Shown here one piece after another: positions 21,543-33,805 of a stretch of DNA of 47,312 bases. Position numbers and translations under genes: made by a program. The notes beneath the pieces are model-generated. The model was not told the DNA's origin and ran no database searches. It saw only the letters and a list, made by a program, of their open reading frames with translations. The first letter of the stretch is position 1. Each line of letters opens with the position of its first letter. Source of the stretch: Neoconidiobolus thromboides FSU 785 (Eukaryota; Fungi; Entomophthoromycota); the NCBI GenBank assembly GCA_025603075.1, contig MU626414.1:1-47312 (forward strand). The letters run 5' to 3'.

Positions 21543-23863
21543 CTAATTTTTAACCAAATTATAAATCAATTCAAACCTCTGTTTAGCTTTTAAAAACCCT
21601 TTGTCTCCCGCCCTCTTGTAATATTTTAAACATAAATTCAAATCCTTATTAATCCCTACGCCAGCCTCATAACATGCCCCCAACTTAAATAAGCCGTGTA
21701 GATCATTTTGCTCTGCCGCTAACTTATAATACTCATAGGCCTTAGCGCAATCTTTTTCAACTCCTTGTCCACTTTCATAACATTTACCTATAGTTCAATA
21801 AACAACTTATTATTGGTTTATATAATCATGAATTTACCTAAATTGACCATCGCTTGCCCTACCCCTTGTTTAGCTGATAGCTGATACCAATAAATAGCTT
21901 TTCCCATATCTTTCATGGTTCCAATCCCCAACTGATAATACCGCGCCAGATTATTTTGTGATAATCTATCCCCAGCTTCCGCTCCCTTTAAATACCACTT
22001 ATAAGCCAACCCAAAATTTTTTTCCACCCCGTTACCTAAATCATACATATAAGCGATTGAATGGTATGCTCTAGCCACTTTAAACTGCGCTGCTAACCTG
22101 AAATTTTCAAGTGCTTTTTGGTAGTCACTTTGCATTCCAATTCCCTTCAAATTCATTTTACCTAACTCATAAATTGCTTTTGGGTGCATGCCCCGTTTTG
22201 CAAGCTTAAGGTATGCATGTGCTTTAGTTAAGTCTCTCCTTATTTTTAACCCACTTGCATATAGCTGACCTAATCTATAGGCACAATGGGCATGTTGGTA
22301 TTCGATGCCTATTAAATATAGCTTGATGGCATAAGGTATGCTTTTTTCAATCCCTAGGCCATCCTCATACAACATAGCTAACCTATACAGCACCATTGGT
22401 ATATTTTGGTTATTACTAGTATTGTTTTCTATTGTTTTATTATTCTCCTTAGTACCCTTTAAAACATCAAAGGCATTTAAATAAGCAGTATAATATTCTA
22501 TTGCATTTGTATAGTTTAAATCAACACCAATCCCGAATTCATTGAAATAAGCTAAATGGAGCAAACTATCCAGGTGGTTCTTTTTGCTTAGTCTTTGATA
22601 TTTATGCACCACCTGGCTTATCTTACTCTTAGTATCCTTATTTAACTTAAAATACTCAATCTGTGCTAATAGAAATTCGGCTTCCAAGTGCCGTTGATTT
22701 GCTGCTTTTTCCAACCAAATCATTGCTGTTCTACAATTCTTTTCCCTCCCTAGTCCAAACAGATATAGCTTTCCCAAATGATACTGTGCATCTGCGTGAT
22801 GGTTCCAAGCTGGAACATCAAATAAATTGGCTGCTTTGATGTAGTTATCAACTTTTAGATAGGATAAGGCTAATTGATAACAGACTTCAACTTCTTTTAG
22901 TATTTGTTGTTCCGTTTCTTCCTCTCCTTGTTCGTTGTTTAATATTGACAAATCCACCTGATCTAAAGTTATATCAAAGTCAATACTGTCCAAATATTCA
23001 CCTCCGACAAAAGGCTGTATTATGGCAATGATATCGGTACAACTGGGTCGTAATTCAGGCTTCTGGTTAATACAGGCTAATATTAAGTCACGGATAACCT
23101 TTGGTAGTAAATGCATGGTTGGGTGCCATTTCTTATATTCATTCAGTTTATTATCCTTTGGGTCTAGTGCTTTTCCACTTAGTATCTCATACATCAACAC
23201 TCCTAAGCTATAAATATCGCCCTGAACACTTCCAACTGTATAATTGATAACTTCAAACTCAGGCGCTTTCCAATATAACTCATCGCGCTTTTTTTGGGTC
23301 TTTGAATGGGTAATTAATGATTTCAAATAAAATACTTTAATAAAATTTACCTTTTCTTTTGAATCTAAAGCATCTAACAAACCAAACAGCCCGATATCTC
23401 TAATTTTAGGAAGAAGTTGATTGTCAACATCAAGTTCAACGTTTGCTGTAGTCAAATTACGATGTATAAAATCATGTTGGTGCAGATAACTGATACCAAG
23501 GCTTAACTGGTAGCAAAGTTTCAACTTTTGTTCTAAACTCCAGCCATATACTTTGTTTTCGGTTAATAAAATATATAATGTAACCCCATCCACATATGAC
23601 TTTAAAGTAAAAAAATGGTTATCCAAGTCAAAATAAAAGGCTATAAAGTTTTCAATGTATTGGTTGGGATAAGATTTTAGCAGTTGGTGGACTTTTTGAA
23701 GTTCGAAATAATATGCTCGTAGGTTTAAGTTGACCTGCTCTTCGCCTGGATACTCTTGTAATTCTTTTTTTTGTCCTTGATAGTCACAGAGGTAATGTAT
23801 CCTATAGTTATGTTTAGCTATAAGCTGTTTGCTTTGGAGCTGCTCCCATTTGATTTCTTTCAT
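21543..23863 (-). CDS. Kinase-like (probable pseudokinase) plus Sel1-repeat protein, paralog 1 (spliced)
   Basis: HRNLTTAN, KIRDIGL, YWKAPE, DIYSLG, then many Sel1 repeats. The track start is GTG and the first ATG is at 23863. Intron 21788-21837 adds a last exon GKCYESGQGVEKD..LIYNLVKN-TAG that matches paralog 2; probable intron 23300-23350. Confidence 0.85.
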
Positions 23864-24262
23864 CTGAAACTCTTTTGATGCTAAAAGACTCACTCTGCCT
23901 TTTTATTATTTGAGTTTTTGTATTTTCAATGTTCGTTTTAGTGCAAAAAATAGATTAAGTTGACGACTGCTTTATTAGCTTAGTGAGTTATTCTTATTTT
24001 TAAATTTACATTTTATAAATGGAACATTAGGTCATAAATCAAATCTATTAAACAATTAGGTCACGTTTCTATCATTCTCAATTTATTAAAAACACAATTA
24101 AAACTATAGCTAATATAATAAATAATGTTTACTATAGGTGCTATTCTTTTTATATATACATTTAATAAAGAATAAACTTTATTTCATTTTATTAATTTTA
24201 ATTTTACATTAAAAATTATATTTTATTTTTAAAAAAAATAAACCAATTAAAGGTATTCAATA

Positions 24263-26950
24263 TTAATTCTGTGATAATGATGAGTTAGATTTCGACCCTT
24301 TGGCAAGATTAGGGATAACCCTTGGTTTGGACATGGAATTCACATCAAAGCGCTGAGCAGTTAGCCTATTAAGACGACTACGTGTTGAATTACTAACACT
24401 CGGGAGCTCCGGTGGCAAAGTTGGATTGCTCTGTGGTAAGTCAAAGAACTTATCTTTACTTTCCTTTTTATTTTTACTTTTAGCTTTACTTTTGGGCTCG
24501 TCAGTATATAAATTATCAAGGGACAAAAAGTCTTCTGGTTTCTTCAACTTACTTTTCGTTTTTTTGCTTCCGTTAGTCAAGGAGCTCATTGAGCCTTTTG
24601 GTGATGGTGGGGGTATGATTTTGGGTGATGCAACTAAAGGGATGGGTTCTGGAAGTGGCTTTTGATATGAACTTGGTCTGGGGTTAGGATCAATCGTAAG
24701 GTTTGCAATGTTACGCCCATGGGGCTCATTGACTGCTACCAACTCATTACGTACTTGTTGGTCAATAGGAGGCAAAGGCTTTAGAAGCTGGTTCATTCTA
24801 GCTAATGCTTTTTCTGAACCCTTTTCTCCAGCTTGTTTATAATATTCCATTGCTACATTTAAATCCTTTTCTGTTCCAAACCCTTCTTCATAACAACTTC
24901 CAAGCTTATATAATCCGTTCGCATCATTTTGTTCTGCTGCTGCTTTATAATATTTGAATGCTTCCCCATAATTTTTTTCTACCCCAGATCCTTGTTCATA
25001 ACATCTACCAAGGTTGACATAGGCTTGAACTACTCCTTGATCACATGATCGACGATACCAGTAAATAGCCTTTTCCATATCTTTAGGCACACCAGAACCT
25101 AAATGATAACATCTAGCAAGATTGTTTTGAGAAAAGCGGTCACCGGCATTAGCTGATTTCAAATACCAAAACACTGCTAGCTTACTATCCTGTGGTACAC
25201 CTCGACCCTTATCATACATGTGTCCTATCGAATGGCAAGCCTTAGCTACATTAAGTTCTGCTGACTTCTTAAAAAGCTCTAATGCCATCAAATGATTAAT
25301 TTCAACACCAAAACCTCGCTGATAAAATCGACCCAAATGGTAGATAGCTTCTGGGTGGGATAGGTTAGCAGCTGATTTAATATACTGAAACGCAGCATTT
25401 GGGTCTTTTTGCATACCAGCACCTACTTCGAGGATTTTACCTAAATGAAATTTAGAATGTGGGTTCCCTAATGAAGCTGCTCTTTGATGTAATTCAATAG
25501 CCATGCGTGAGTTTTTTTCAGTTCCTAAACCAAGCTCATACATTTTAGCTAATCGAAATAATGCAATTGAATCCTCTTCTTCAACACATTTCTCATAAAG
25601 TTTAATTGCTTTTTCTGGATTGGCATCAATCCCACTCCCAGTTTCATAACAATAAGCTAAATAGACTCGAGAGGCCACATGGTTCTTTTTATTTAACTTT
25701 TGAAATAAATATGCCGCTTCATCTTTGTCAATTCTTCCGCTTTCTCGGACTCCGAAATAAAATAAACTTGCAAGCAAAAACTCAGCATCTAAATGATTAT
25801 TATTTGCTGCACTTTCAAGCCATTTAGTAGCTAGCATAAGGTTTCTTTCACGTCCAAGTCCAAATAAATGTGCACGTCCTAAATAGTATTGGGATTCAGC
25901 ATGATTGTTCCATGCTGGAAGATCAAAGCATTTTGCAGCGTTGACGTAATCTTTCATCCCCAGAAACTCCAACCCTTGTTTGTATAAAAGAATAGTTTCC
26001 TGATCATCAAGCTGTGTAGCATGTTCTGGCATTTCACTGATTGTTGTGCTTTGTAACTCGGTAGTTCCTTCTTCATCACTCCCTAAATCAGAATCATCGT
26101 TTCCAGCAAAAGGGTGTAAGCTAAAAGTGAGCTCTTGAGCACTTGGTCTTTGTTCAGGGGCATTACTTAAAGTAGCAGTTATTATATTAATAAAATCTTC
26201 TGGAATGTCCTTAAAGTCTTGGGCTAAGTCTTTACCAATTAAATTATTGACTTCAAATTGAGCTGATTTTTCAGAGAGAATTTCCCACATCATTATACCA
26301 AAAGCAAATATGTCCGCTTTTTTACTTCCTGAGCTAAAAGTAAGATCAGTGATTTCTGGTGCCTTCCAATAAAAGTCATCTCGAGTTCTTACAATCTAAA
26401 ATGGTTAAAATCAAACTTGCATCAACAAATAATAACTAATTACCTTGTTCGCTTCATCTATAGTATCCAAAATTTCATGCAAGCAAATCTCTGTGACTTT
26501 CGGACAATAATTATCTTCATAATCTAATAAAACATTAGTTGCCATAAGATTTCGATGAACAAAATTGTTAATATGTAAAAATTCTAGCCCTAAAGCCAGC
26601 TGGAAACAAATTTTTGCTTTAGTTTCAAAAGGAATGTCTTTGATATCCTCTTTTATAAATTGACTCAACGTTTTGCCAACAATAAATTCAGATACCATAT
26701 AAAACTGGTTTTGGTCATCGAAACAGGTACCTATAAAACGCTCGATATTTGTATTATACTTCAAACGCTTTAGCTCTCTATTGAGATTAAGGGAACAGTC
26801 TTTTAGTTTATCTATCATCACCTTTTCTGTTTTGAAATGCTTAAAGGAACATGTATAATTACTGTTGTATTTACATTTATAAATTTTGAAATGGTTGAAT
26901 TCCTCAATCAGGGCTCCAGGTTTAATTAAGTCAAAGTCAAGATCCTCCAT
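24263..26950 (-). CDS. Kinase-like (probable pseudokinase) plus Sel1-repeat protein, paralog 2 (spliced)
   Basis: Track ORFs 26411-26950 and 24263-26293 join in frame via the 48-nt intron 26396-26443 (DEANK|IVRTRDDFYWKAPE); HRNLMATN, KVTEICL, DIFAFG; about 10 Sel1 repeats; Pro/Lys/Ser-rich tail. Confidence 0.88.
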
Positions 26951-27769
26951 GGTTTAGCTCAAGATGTTAAAAAAGTTCGACCAATCTGTTAAAATAAAGA
27001 AAATATCTAAGTTATAAATTGAACTCTAAATTATGAGTTTGAACTTAGATTCGGATAATTCAACTTACCCCCACTTTATGCAAAATGGTCCCTAAATTTA
27101 GTAATTGTAATTCCTTATTTTTGCAAAAAGAGAAATCATTGGTTAAGTTACTATAAAATAAAATCACCATAGAAAAAATGTTAATTAAAGAAATGGCTTT
27201 TATTCCAAATTTATTTATTAATCTTATGCTATTATAAATTAAAAGGTAAGGTAATAATAATCCTCTAAGCGAGAGTAATAAGACTAGATAAAGACCTTGT
27301 CCAAAAACTAGTTTTATTAGTATTAAATGATAATTGAAAGAGACATTTTTTTAATTAATTAATAGTAATAAATTTAGAAGCTTTCAACTTGTTCTTAAAT
27401 CATTAATTTAATCTTAAATTAATTTTCAGACAAAATTTGTTCTATTTTTAATTGTTGTTTTATTTGTTTATTTATTTTACTATATCCAATCAAATTGAGG
27501 TAATTAATTGGTTTTATTTTTTTTAAATAAAATTTATAATTTCAATGTTATAAAAAGTTTACTTTTATTTATTTAGTTATAAAGCAAATTTTATGTATAT
27601 AGAATTTTATTAATCTTATCCTGTTTATTTTATTTTCAAATAGATGTATTATCTTAATATTGTTTATATAGTATATTTTTTAATCTTTTTGAAACAAGCA
27701 AGACGATTTTATATTAGGCATAATTAAAACTAAAATTGAAGTCAAAATTAAAATACTTATAATTTGTTA

Positions 27770-27867
27770 TATGGGGATATTTTTTGGTTTCATTACTTTT
27801 CCGCTTCAAGTGGTATTTGAGCAGAAAGATTGTTAGTGAAATTTAAACAAAAAAATACATCCCCATA
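27770..27867 (+). mobile_element. MITE family A copy
   Basis: TATGGGGATATTTTTTGGTTTCATTAC...AAAAAAATACATCCCCATA. Confidence 0.85.
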
Positions 27868-28276
27868 TAGTTGTTAACTAAATTTAATTAATATTGATTG
27901 GTTTTTATTTTAAATTCTTTTTTATAATATCAAGTTAGAACTTGATATAATAGTATAAGTTATTGATTTCAAAGGTTATTACTAGCCATTATAATTTGAA
28001 CTTAAGTAGCTATACAATCAAACTTTAAAAAATTAAGTAACAGTTAAAAAGCAATATTCTTTTTTAACTAATCAAAAATTAAATTTTGTTTTGGCCTTTT
28101 TATAAAACACCTGATAATTATTAATAATAAAATTGCTGGAGTAATTTGTTTCTATAATAAATTAATTGCTTAAAAACCATATTAAAAGTTTCACTATTTT
28201 TGAAATAAGTTTAATATCTATAAATTAATAATAGTTTTTTTAAATATTAACTCTAGTTTATAATATTTATTACTAT

Positions 28277-28378
28277 TTAGGGATATTTTTTTGGCTTAAT
28301 TATTTTTTATATCTTTTAAGTATTATTTGAGTGGAAAGATTGTTAGTAAAATTCTTAAACACATAAATACATCCCCAT
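28277..28378 (+). mobile_element. MITE family A copy
   Basis: TTAGGGATATTTTTTTGGCTTAATTA...GTTAGTAAAATTCTTAAACACATAAATACATCCCCAT. Confidence 0.8.
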
Positions 28379-28695
28379 TTTATTAAATTTAATACTAAAA
28401 ATTTCACTTTAATAAATAAAGTAAACAGAAGTTATTTTCTTAGTAAACAAAGTAAATTAAATTTGTCTTGGTTTTTTACTATTGATCTATTATATATATA
28501 TTAGTTTTGAATTTAATAATATCATTTAAGTAATAAAAAAATATCAACTATATAATAAATAAACAAATACATATAATTAATTTGTATCACTAGGTATTTT
28601 TATAATAAAATATACTTAGTATACAACCTAAATTTATCTTAAAATTTATTTCACTATTTAAATCGGATTTTTCATTAGTGTCCTTTTAGAAACTA

Positions 28696-28800
28696 TATGG
28701 GGATGTATTTTTGTGTTTAAGAATTTCATTAATAGCTTTTCCACTCAAATAGCGCTTAAAAAATGGAAAAAGTAATGAAGTTAAAAAAAACACTCCCATA
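28696..28800 (-). mobile_element. MITE family A copy
   Basis: TATGGGGATGTATTTTTGTGTTTAAGAATT...CCACTCAAATAGCGCTTAAA...CACTCCCATA. Confidence 0.85.
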
Positions 28801-28807
28801 TGCTTTA

Positions 28808-28903
28808 TATGGGATATGTTTTTTCGTCTAAGTTTTACTAACAATTTTCCCACTTAAATAGCGCTCAAAAAGATGGAAAAAATGAAACCAAAAAACATCT
28901 TCA
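28808..28903 (-). mobile_element. MITE family A copy, directly adjacent to the previous copy
   Basis: TATGGGATATGTTTTTTCGTCTAAGTTTTACTAAC...AAATAGCGCTCAAAAAGATGGAAAAAATGAAACCAAAAAACATCTTCA. Confidence 0.75.
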
Positions 28904-29492
28904 AGTATTACCCTTATTACAGTTTTTGCCTTGGATGACTAAATTTTTGCATCATAAATCAGACAAGTTTTTTTAAACCAAGGTAAAATTATAATAGGAA
29001 GAGTAAGTTAAAAAACAATACTCATATTTTGAATTAATTTTTTTGCATACAGTATTATTTTGAAACTCAACCATGATCAGAAGCTTTTTATAGAGCTTTT
29101 TGATAGCTATCAAACAACACTAACAAGGGATTGGTATCACTTTTTACTGTCCTTATCATTAAGCTCAATACTGTATTGTAAGAAGCAAACAAAAACTAAT
29201 CAAAAGTTATTCTGTTTAATTAAATAGTTAATGAGTCTAAACTAATGGAGTAAATTCAATTTACTTCTAAACCAATAAAATAAAACAGCATTTGCTATTT
29301 GAATCAAACTACGCAAATAATACGCAGAAAATCCGCAATGGAGATAGATAGGAGAGTCTCTTAATTGGTCGAAAATTTTTTAAGCTCCCATAAAAAAGCC
29401 ATATAATCAAGTCAGTTTACTACTTTACTTTTTTCCAACGTAAGCTAAATTTCAATTCAAAATTAACTTATAGTAATTCAATTTAAATAATA

Positions 29493-32066
29493 ATGTCTGG
29501 GTTTAATCAACAGACGCCCTCAGGCTTTAATAATAATACTCAAAATTCAGGATTTGGACTTCAACAATCATCTGGTTTTGGTCAATCATCAACTCAAACT
29601 TCAGGTTTTGGAATACCAGTGAAGCCAACCATATCCCTTTCACAGCTTGCTGGCATGAATAATCAACAACAGGGTACAGGGTTTGGCCAACAAGCTACTG
29701 GATTTAATAGCATACCAGAGGTAAAAGGGCCCTCTGGTTTTGGTATAACGCCAGATCAAGTCGCTGGTTTTTATAAACCAACTTCTGGTTTCAGTCAACC
29801 ATCTAGTCAGCCTTCAGGATTTGGTTTACAGCAGCCTTCAGGATTTGGTTTATCAAGTAGCCAACCTTCTGGATTTGGGCAACAGCAGTTAACTATAAAT
29901 AAGCCAATGTCCCTTGATCAACTTTCAGCTTTTAATACACAATCTTCTGGCTTTGGTATATCAAGTAGTCAACCTTCTGGTTTTGGGCTTCAGCAGCCTT
30001 CTGGCTTTGGTCAAGCAACTAGTCAGCCCTCGGGTTTTGGACTTCAGCAAACTTCTGGCTTTGGTCAAACGGGTAATCAAACTTCTGGATTTGGCCAAGC
30101 AACCAGTCAAGCCTCAGGTTTTGGACTTCAACAGCCATCTGGATTTGGCCAAGCAACCAGTCAAGCCTCAGGTTTTGGACTTCAACAGCCATCTGGATTT
30201 GGCCAGGCAACTAGCCAAGCTTCAGGTTTTGGCCTTCAGCAATCTTCCGGTTTTGGACAAGCTTCCGGTTTTGGAGCTAGTAACACTAGTGGATTTGGCC
30301 AAGCAGGTAACCAAACTTCAGGTTTTGGAACAAGTAATACTAGTGGATTCGGACAATCATCTGGCTTTGGTCAACAAAATACAGGGTTTGGTCAACAGCA
30401 AAGTAGTGGTTTCGGCCAACAAAGTAGTACTGGGTTTGGCAATAGTACAAGTACAGGTTTTGGGCAACAAGGCACTGGATTAGGACAGACATCTGGATTT
30501 GGAAGCAATACAGGTAGTGGGTTTGGTCAATCATCTGGATTTGGGCAACAAAGTACTGCACTCGGACAACAAAATACTGGATTTGGTCAATCCTCAAGTT
30601 TCGGTCAACAACAAGGTTCTGGGTTTGGCCAATCATCAGGCTTTGGTAATAAGACAAGCACAGGTTTTGGTCAAACTCAAAGTTCTGGCTTTGGAACTAA
30701 TACTGGTTTTGGACAACAGCAAAGTGCTGCACTTGGACAACAAAATACAGGATTCGGCCAATCTTCTGGGTTTGGTCAACAACAAGGTTCTGGGTTTGGC
30801 CAATCATCAGGCTTTGGTAATAAGACAAGCACAGGTTTTGGTCAAACTCAAAGTTCTGGCTTTGGAACTAATACTGGGTTGGGGCAACAGCAAAACACTG
30901 GATTTGGAAGCACCAGTACTGCATTTTCTAGTGCCACCGGAGGGTTTGGTTCATCAACTTTAGGGAACAGTAGCAATGGACTTGGTTCCTCTACTCTAGG
31001 GAATACTAGTTTTGGGAATACCAATACTTCAAGTATGTTTGGAAACACTAGCCTTACAGGATTAGGCTCCGGCTTAGGCGCTAATGCAGGGTCTACAATC
31101 GGAGCCTCCAATTTCGGGCAAACCGGTAGTGGCTTCCAGTTTGGTAACAACACAGGAGCTTCAACCCTTGGCTTAGGTCAATCATCAAATGCTTTTGGAC
31201 AAAGTGTTAACATATCAAATAATTTTACTTCTGGATTTGGTTCAAGCTTAACTCAAAACCAAAGTAGCTTTTTAAACAGCCAAGCTTTAAATGATATTTC
31301 TTCTATCAGTAAAACTGCCACCTTTGGAACTTTGCCAAAAGAGGTATTAAAATATTTTGGAGAAATACAAAAGAAGATGGATGAGTTGGCAAAGGCAAGT
31401 CAAAAATTTGAAGCTCAAATTGAAGCAAATGATCGTGAATATACTTTATCTAACTATGGAGTTGAGAAAGTACTCGAGAAGACAGGGGATATTGACCTTA
31501 TGATATCTAGTTCAATTAATAGTCTTCATAGCATTACAGGCGAGGATGTTAACAAACAAAATGCTATTGATCTTCGTTATTCTGCAATGACTTTTCATAT
31601 GTATTATGGTAGATGGTCCGCAGAACATCGTAAATCTTATGAAAAGGAAAGAGATGGTAAAGCTACTATAGATAAATTGAAACGTAGGATTACTTCAAGG
31701 CTACGTCGCATAGTTGAGGATAATGGTGGGCGCTTAGTTGATACTTTTACTGATCTCTCATGTACTTCAAAAGCACTAGCTAGACTTGATGAGGTTAAGC
31801 CATATGATGCAACCTTTTTATATGTCCACGATAAGGTGCGTGAGATTTATGATGATAAGTTAGCGATGACTAAACATGCAGATGAACTAGAGAATGTATT
31901 CAAACGTTTAGGTTTTACAGCTGCAGAAGTACTTGAACTCTTCAAAAATTCAAAAGCAAGTTCAGTTATTCCTACTAAACCCAGCTTAAGCAGGGCACTA
32001 TACTCTGATGTTGACTATTATGATGTAGCATTTAATGACCTTGAAACTACTGCGGTTAAGGTATGA
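29493..32066 (+). CDS. FG-repeat nucleoporin, possibly Nup49/Nup58-like
   Basis: About 590 aa of S/T/Q/G-rich sequence with dozens of (S/T)GFG repeats, then a predicted helical C-terminus (TFGTLPKEVLKYFGEIQKKMDEL..); subfamily assignment is tentative. Confidence 0.75.
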   Translation: MSGFNQQTPSGFNNNTQNSGFGLQQSSGFGQSSTQTSGFGIPVKPTISLSQLAGMNNQQQGTGFGQQATGFNSIPEVKGPSGFGITPDQVAGFYKPTSGFSQPSSQPSGFGLQQPSGFGLSSSQPSGFGQQQLTINKPMSLDQLSAFNTQSSGFGISSSQPSGFGLQQPSGFGQATSQPSGFGLQQTSGFGQTGNQTSGFGQATSQASGFGLQQPSGFGQATSQASGFGLQQPSGFGQATSQASGFGLQQSSGFGQASGFGASNTSGFGQAGNQTSGFGTSNTSGFGQSSGFGQQNTGFGQQQSSGFGQQSSTGFGNSTSTGFGQQGTGLGQTSGFGSNTGSGFGQSSGFGQQSTALGQQNTGFGQSSSFGQQQGSGFGQSSGFGNKTSTGFGQTQSSGFGTNTGFGQQQSAALGQQNTGFGQSSGFGQQQGSGFGQSSGFGNKTSTGFGQTQSSGFGTNTGLGQQQNTGFGSTSTAFSSATGGFGSSTLGNSSNGLGSSTLGNTSFGNTNTSSMFGNTSLTGLGSGLGANAGSTIGASNFGQTGSGFQFGNNTGASTLGLGQSSNAFGQSVNISNNFTSGFGSSLTQNQSSFLNSQALNDISSISKTATFGTLPKEVLKYFGEIQKKMDELAKASQKFEAQIEANDREYTLSNYGVEKVLEKTGDIDLMISSSINSLHSITGEDVNKQNAIDLRYSAMTFHMYYGRWSAEHRKSYEKERDGKATIDKLKRRITSRLRRIVEDNGGRLVDTFTDLSCTSKALARLDEVKPYDATFLYVHDKVREIYDDKLAMTKHADELENVFKRLGFTAAEVLELFKNSKASSVIPTKPSLSRALYSDVDYYDVAFNDLETTAVKV

Positions 32067-32236
32067 TTTTCGAAATAATGGGTTTGTTTTATTACAATTT
32101 TGAGTTAGTTTTACTCTTTGCTACTTATATAAAAGTAAAATATCTTTCAAATGTTATTATCATCACTTATTCTGTAAATGCTTATATTTTTAATTTTAAG
32201 GTTTTTAATGTTAACTCAATTTTTATTTAAAAGGAA

Positions 32237-32338
32237 ATGGGGATGTATTTATGTGTTTAAGAATTTTACTAATAATTTTTCCACTCAAATGCGCTTAAAA
32301 GATAGAAAAAATAATGAAGCCAAAAAAAACATCCCCAA
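32237..32338 (-). mobile_element. MITE family A copy
   Basis: ATGGGGATGTATTTATGTGTTTAAGAATTTTACTAAT...AATGAAGCCAAAAAAAACATCCCCAA. Confidence 0.85.
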
Positions 32339-33805
32339 ATGATGATTCTTATAATTTAATAGTATAATAAAAAGGAATTTTTATTTCCTTCCAATGGGAT
32401 ATACTGAACAAAGAGCTAGCCTTATGGGGTTTGCTTTAACACAAGGGACTATGAAGCTCATCTAAAGCGTAAAGTGATGGAATAAGATGAAGTACTGTTA
32501 TTTATTCCAATCATAAATTAAGAAATAAGCTTTCGAAATATTTTTTGGCTGACTTTTTACACCATCAAAAAGATGGGATTTCTCATTGATTTAATTCAAT
32601 AATTTCCTCAAAATTATAGAAGTAGATGTTAATCTAGGCTATTGCTTTATACTTACAATTTCTATCAGAAAAAGAATCTGCTACTAAATTTATTAGTAAC
32701 TAATAATAACTATTGAGTGTATTTTTCTATTAAATTCGTAAAGTTTATAATTACAAGTAAATTTAAAATCATCATTTTTGAACCTTAACCAAAATGCTAA
32801 GTAAAATTACATTCTTAAAGCATTTTCAAAAATAGGAAAAACTCTCAGTGATTATAAACGTTTCAGGGGATGATATAGAATCACAATAATATAACAAAAA
32901 ACTAGAGATAGACAATATTAAAATATTAGTATATTCAATTTGAAATCAGGTTCGAGAAAAACAAGCGTTTCTAAGATTAATATATTTAATAAGCCACTTC
33001 AGCTGCATAAGCAATGAGTACTGCTCCAATTTCAATTACCCAAACAACGCAAAATTTTATCACAATTCCTTTTTATAGTCATCACAATATTTTATTTTTA
33101 CTGTCTTAATTTTTGATGTAAAATTAAAAATTGATTAAAATCCGCTTTTAATTCTGAACCCCTCCTTAAAACATTAGCTTATTATCTAACATTTTATTAA
33201 AATTTTATAAAAAAATATATAGAAACCTTATGTATTAATATCTTTTTTGAAGGTTAAAGATTATAGAATGTACAATCTCGTTTTATAGAATTTAAGTTTA
33301 TCTATAGATTTATTAATTAATTATTTGGATTTCAATATGTTAATGACATTGGCAATTTTTCCAAGTTTGAAACCAATTAGAATCAAAGCAATTAAAGTGC
33401 TAATAATTTAGCAAATTGATTAATTTTATCAGCCAATGAAAGTCAGCTTTTAAGCTTGGCTCTAAATTTAGAAATAGTCATGCAAATTTGGAGTTAAAAA
33501 TAAGTCGATATCAAGTGGAAATAGGAACTGGGTAACTTGATATTAATTTTTGAAATAAATGATAATTACTAAAGAATAAACCAAATTTTATTACTTTTAT
33601 TATAGCCGTGCTTAATTAAAATTTCACTATACTCAACTATTTGTTAATGTTATAGGACATCAGTTTATTCTATAATTAGTCCTTCTTATTTCATTAATTA
33701 AATACTATTATCTCCTTAATTTTATTTTGATATTTTATTCTCCCTAATATTCAGCTTCCTATAATTAATATTTGATACTGGGATATCACATACAATCTTT
33801 AGGAT

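Noticed and set aside
23864-23893. N-terminal extension of the track ORF 21818-23893
   Set aside because: Starts at GTG; in this eukaryotic context the first ATG at 23863 is more plausible
29914-31153. Overlapping ORFs within the nucleoporin
   Set aside because: Frame shadows of the repetitive GFG coding sequence
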